NCBI GenBank assembly: GCA_036172245.1 | Contig: JAYWIR010000017.1 | Coordinates: 2,170,001-2,234,000 of the forward strand | DNA length: 64,000 bases | Origin: Raillietiella orientalis | Taxonomy: Eukaryota | Direction: 5' to 3' | Shown here: positions 61,001 through 64,000 of the stretch, piece after piece | How positions within the stretch are numbered: position 1 is the stretch's first letter | Layout of the letters: the number at the start of each line of letters is the position of its first letter | Translations under genes and position numbers: made by a program | The notes under the pieces: model-generated | Seen by the model: the letters and a program-made list of their open reading frames with translations, nothing else | The model's database searches: none | Told to the model about the DNA's origin: nothing

Positions 61001-62696
61001 CCCGACGCTGGGAAATGGGGATGAGTCGTGGGTTTTGGTTGGTCCCCCCCGCAGAATGACGGTAGTTGGTCTGTAGGCTCCGGGTGCGAAGGCACTGTTG
61101 AAACCGGATGCCTCTGTTGACCGGGTGGGACTGGAAGTTGGCCAAGAAGGGCTAGTCCAAGAGCGCTGCTCCCTTCGGGGAACGCCGTTCGGAGGAATTG
61201 GGATGTGTCCCTTCCGGGTTCTCTTCAGGGGAGGAGGGAACAGGGTGGTTCCCTAGCAGATTCCCTGCGTATAAAAAAATTCCAGGATCACATCCTTTCC
61301 GGGTTTTCTTCAGAGAAGAAACGAGGAATGGCCCCTCGGGTCCTGCCGGAGAGAACGAGGAGGAATTTCCCTTTGGGGTTCCCCTTAGAGACAACCAGGG
61401 CGAGGGTTTCCTTCAAGATTCCCTCCCAGGCGTGAAAAGAACGGACTCCTTCCTCCAGAGCCTTTCCTGGACTCATCGGGGCTGCCTTTCCTAAAATGAA
61501 GAACCAACACGCACCCTCGGGTGGAGTGGACAGCGTCAGAGAGGTTGTGACCCCCCCCCCCTTCTCTTTCCTAGGGGGGAGAACGGCCCTTCAGCACTCC
61601 TCGAGAACCAAAAAAAAAGAAAAGCCTGCAGAGAAAACAGAGACAATGGAAGAACCCCTGAGGATTTCCAACATCCGACAGACCAACTCGACCAGCAGCA
61701 GGTCTGGAGGTGATGTGATCAACTGTTGGATGTTTCGTGAGACCTACGAAAGTGGGGTCAATCCTTTCTCGGTTTTGGGCCGCCGTGGTCAAAAGAGAGA
61801 AAAAGAGAACAAGCGCTCTCTTGAAAGACTCTTCTTCTTCTTGCTTGCTTCAGCCTTCTAGCTCGAGAGCAAGAAGGACCAGACAGAACGCACGCAATAC
61901 ACAGAGGACGCTCGTGCACATTGGAAGTGGAAAGCACGTTTCTGCCCCAGCACAGAAACGCGGGGCGTGACCCGATTTGAGGTCAGAACCCGGACACGCG
62001 ACTGCAGGAATTCACGACGGGAAGCCTCCTGCGGCAGACTCCCACAGTAGGCGGATCGGCGCGGATGCGTGCACGCGCACGTGTTCTGTGATCTTGGATA
62101 CTCACAGAAGAAAACCGCCAAGTACGGCGAGCTAGCGATGAGGTTTTTTAGCATCTTTTCGTTGACAGACTCTATTTCGTCGGCCAGCTCTCGGTTGTCG
62201 TCGTCCAGGAGCCATTCCAACACAGAATCTCTGTTCATCAGGTCTCCTGTGGGAGCGCCCCAAAGGGAAATTTCCAAAGGAAAAAAAAAAAAAAAGGAAA
62301 GAAAGTGTACAAGGAATGACTCCGTAGAACTCACCGTCATATAGCAGAGGATTGCCGTTCCGGAAATAGATCATCGCAGGAAAGGTCTTTATGGTGTAGC
62401 GTTTGGCCAGTTGAGGGTCATTAATTTTCACCATTTGTATGCCGTGGAGGTCACAGTCGTCATCGATGTCCTCCAGCTCTTTCAGCGCTGCATCGCAAAC
62501 TTTGCAATTCGGCTTGTCTGATTGCAGTAGATCATTAGTTCCTGTTCGTGCAAGAAGACCTTACAGAAGAAAACCACCAAATACTGCACTTCCTCTATGA
62601 GTTTCTCCAGCATGCTGCGGTTGACAGTTTCGATGCGATCTTCCGTCTTTTGTTGTATGAGCCACATTAGGATCTCTTCCTCATCGTCCATGTTTC
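55025..62696 (-). CDS. Multi-thioredoxin-fold (PDI-like repeat) protein with C-terminal transmembrane helix; 3' seven exons, gene continues beyond the window
   Basis: In-frame exons 62696-62565, 62517-62335, 62246-62106, 59063-58881, 58831-58691, 58622-58440 and 55194-55025. Repeats read VFFY..CxxC...LE.ID...FP.L.YFR...YDGDL...VL.WL (CKVC, CSEC, CPKC). TM segment LFMYALAGITGAFIAYTLFLMFCF; AATAAA on the minus strand at 54955-54960. Confidence 0.9.
56380..57150 (-). mobile_element. tRNA-derived SINE, near full length, intronic
   Basis: Reverse complement has head GCGTTGCGGGTTCGAATTCC, the body and the tail. The distal segment matches 61600-61670. Confidence 0.78.
57443..57494 (+). ncRNA. Candidate type I hammerhead ribozyme motif
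   Basis: CCCTCTG-CTGATGA-GGC(GTC)GTC-GAAA-TGTCCT(CATTC)AGGAG-TA^-CAGAAGG: the core nucleotides and three stems can be drawn. Single copy, untested. Confidence 0.35.
59465..60050 (+). mobile_element. tRNA-derived SINE, intronic
   Basis: Degenerate head (GGGCTCGAATACTC), body GACGCCGAGAGATGGG, tail TTCTCTTCAGAGGAGG...CTTGAAGA. Confidence 0.75.
60920..61680 (+). mobile_element. tRNA-derived SINE, near full length, intronic
   Basis: Head GGAGGCCGAGCGG...GCGGGTTCAAACCC; tail similar to 36790-37090 and 46770-47100. Confidence 0.8.
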
Positions 62697-64000
62697 CTTG
62701 GTTACAACGATTTCTTAGCAAGGGTCATGTTTTTGGCGCGAGTATACGCCAAGGAGATTCTATTATTAAGCGAACTGCCTAGAGTGGAACGACAAGGAAC
62801 GTGGTATCACTGGAATTCAAGCACTCCGCCACCTGCCCGATAATGAAGAAACTTTCAGAGCTTCCGTACTGCTCCGCTGGAGCGCAGTCGGTTCGTTTGC
62901 CTGTATCCGACTTGCGATGCGAACGGGAACAAAGAGGGAATCAGTACACCGGAAGAGGAATCGAGGCTCGGCTTACATGGAAACCAGTGGTTGGGGATAA
63001 AGTGTCCAGAGGCCGAGGGAAAGTTCGGTTCTCGGTCTGAGTAGCCTGGGGCTAGATTCGTCGAGCTGGATACCGAGCGATTGCTTTCAGCGGAAGATTT
63101 AGTGTCCGGATTTTTTTTGTTTTTTTAATTTTCTTTTGCTGACACGCAGCATCCCTGAAATTCTCGAAGTTTTACGCTTCCTCTGCGAAGTCCAGAAGTG
63201 CTCCGCCAAGAAGTTTCCAGAACGTACAGAGAGCTTGTACGGCTTTCCGACTAAGAGAAATAGACGGTGGTCTGCGTCTCTTCGTAATGTATTTTTACGC
63301 GTACCGAAGAAGAAACAGTGACAAGTGAGGAGATCATTGCAGACTCTTCTGCTTTTTACAAGTGCTGCTGCTGCTCGCAGGAGGGTCCTGCAATTTCCTA
63401 AAGATTGCCTCCTCTCTTGCCTTCTCGAGAAGAAAGTCTTGGAGACTTGGAGAGCGTTACCAACCTGGAGAGGGAGGAAGAGTTGGGCAAAGCTACAAGG
63501 ATGCCGGCAGGAAGGATATTCGCCCCAAAGCAGATCAGCAGACCCTGCAAACGGAAGAGTCCGCGAAGGTATGTCTGGTCAATGATTCCCTTATTTTCGT
63601 TCCTTTCCGTGGCTGCGTTCAAAGGAATCTGAAGTGTGTTGAAGATACGAAAAACCGACTGAATGGATTCTTAGCATCGATTTCCAAATCTTCAGATGTT
63701 GCGGAGACTCTGCTTGAACCTGACGTTCCCTCTTCTGGTTTCTTTCACGAGCACTTGCTCTGAGCTCTCCCGGCCGCTTTGCTTCACGCCTGCCCTCACT
63801 GCAGCCACTCTCAAAGATTCGAGTTCCGGTGGACTACGATTTTGTTTTCCGAGGACCGAACGACTCCTCCCGCCCCTTTGCATCCCCTCCTTCAGCAAAA
63901 GGCAGTCCGATACCGGGGTGACGCCCTGCGAAGGGTTCCCTGGATAAAACTCATTACACGAGGAGGAAGCGAGCCTTCGACCCACAGAGACCATTCTTCG

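Overview
Eukaryotic (animal, probably arthropod) nuclear DNA with spliced genes and many transposon remnants. I see no CRISPR array, rRNA or intact tRNA. Genes reconstructed by hand from GT-AG splice sites: an uncharacterised multi-exon gene (minus, about 4.56 to at least 8.8 kb), Tim9 (plus, 11667-12193), a probable SKA3-like kinetochore gene (minus, 14314-15465), an H2.0/Hlx homeobox gene (plus, about 29.4-45.96 kb), and the 3' part of a membrane-anchored multi-thioredoxin-repeat gene (minus, 55025 to beyond 62696). Mobile DNA includes L1/Tx1-like LINE pieces, a 0.6-0.8 kb tRNA-headed SINE family (about 8 copies), a pogo/Tc1-like MITE pair and an internally deleted piggyBac. There is also an in-frame mitochondrial ND5 insertion (NUMT). 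The strongest leads are: a LINE family whose 3' end, defined by target-site duplications (TSDs), is AATAAA plus a hairpin with only 3-4 A; a possible twin-priming inversion; a candidate type I hammerhead ribozyme; and a SINE tail with several cUUCGg hairpins. All homology calls come from remembered motifs, not database searches.
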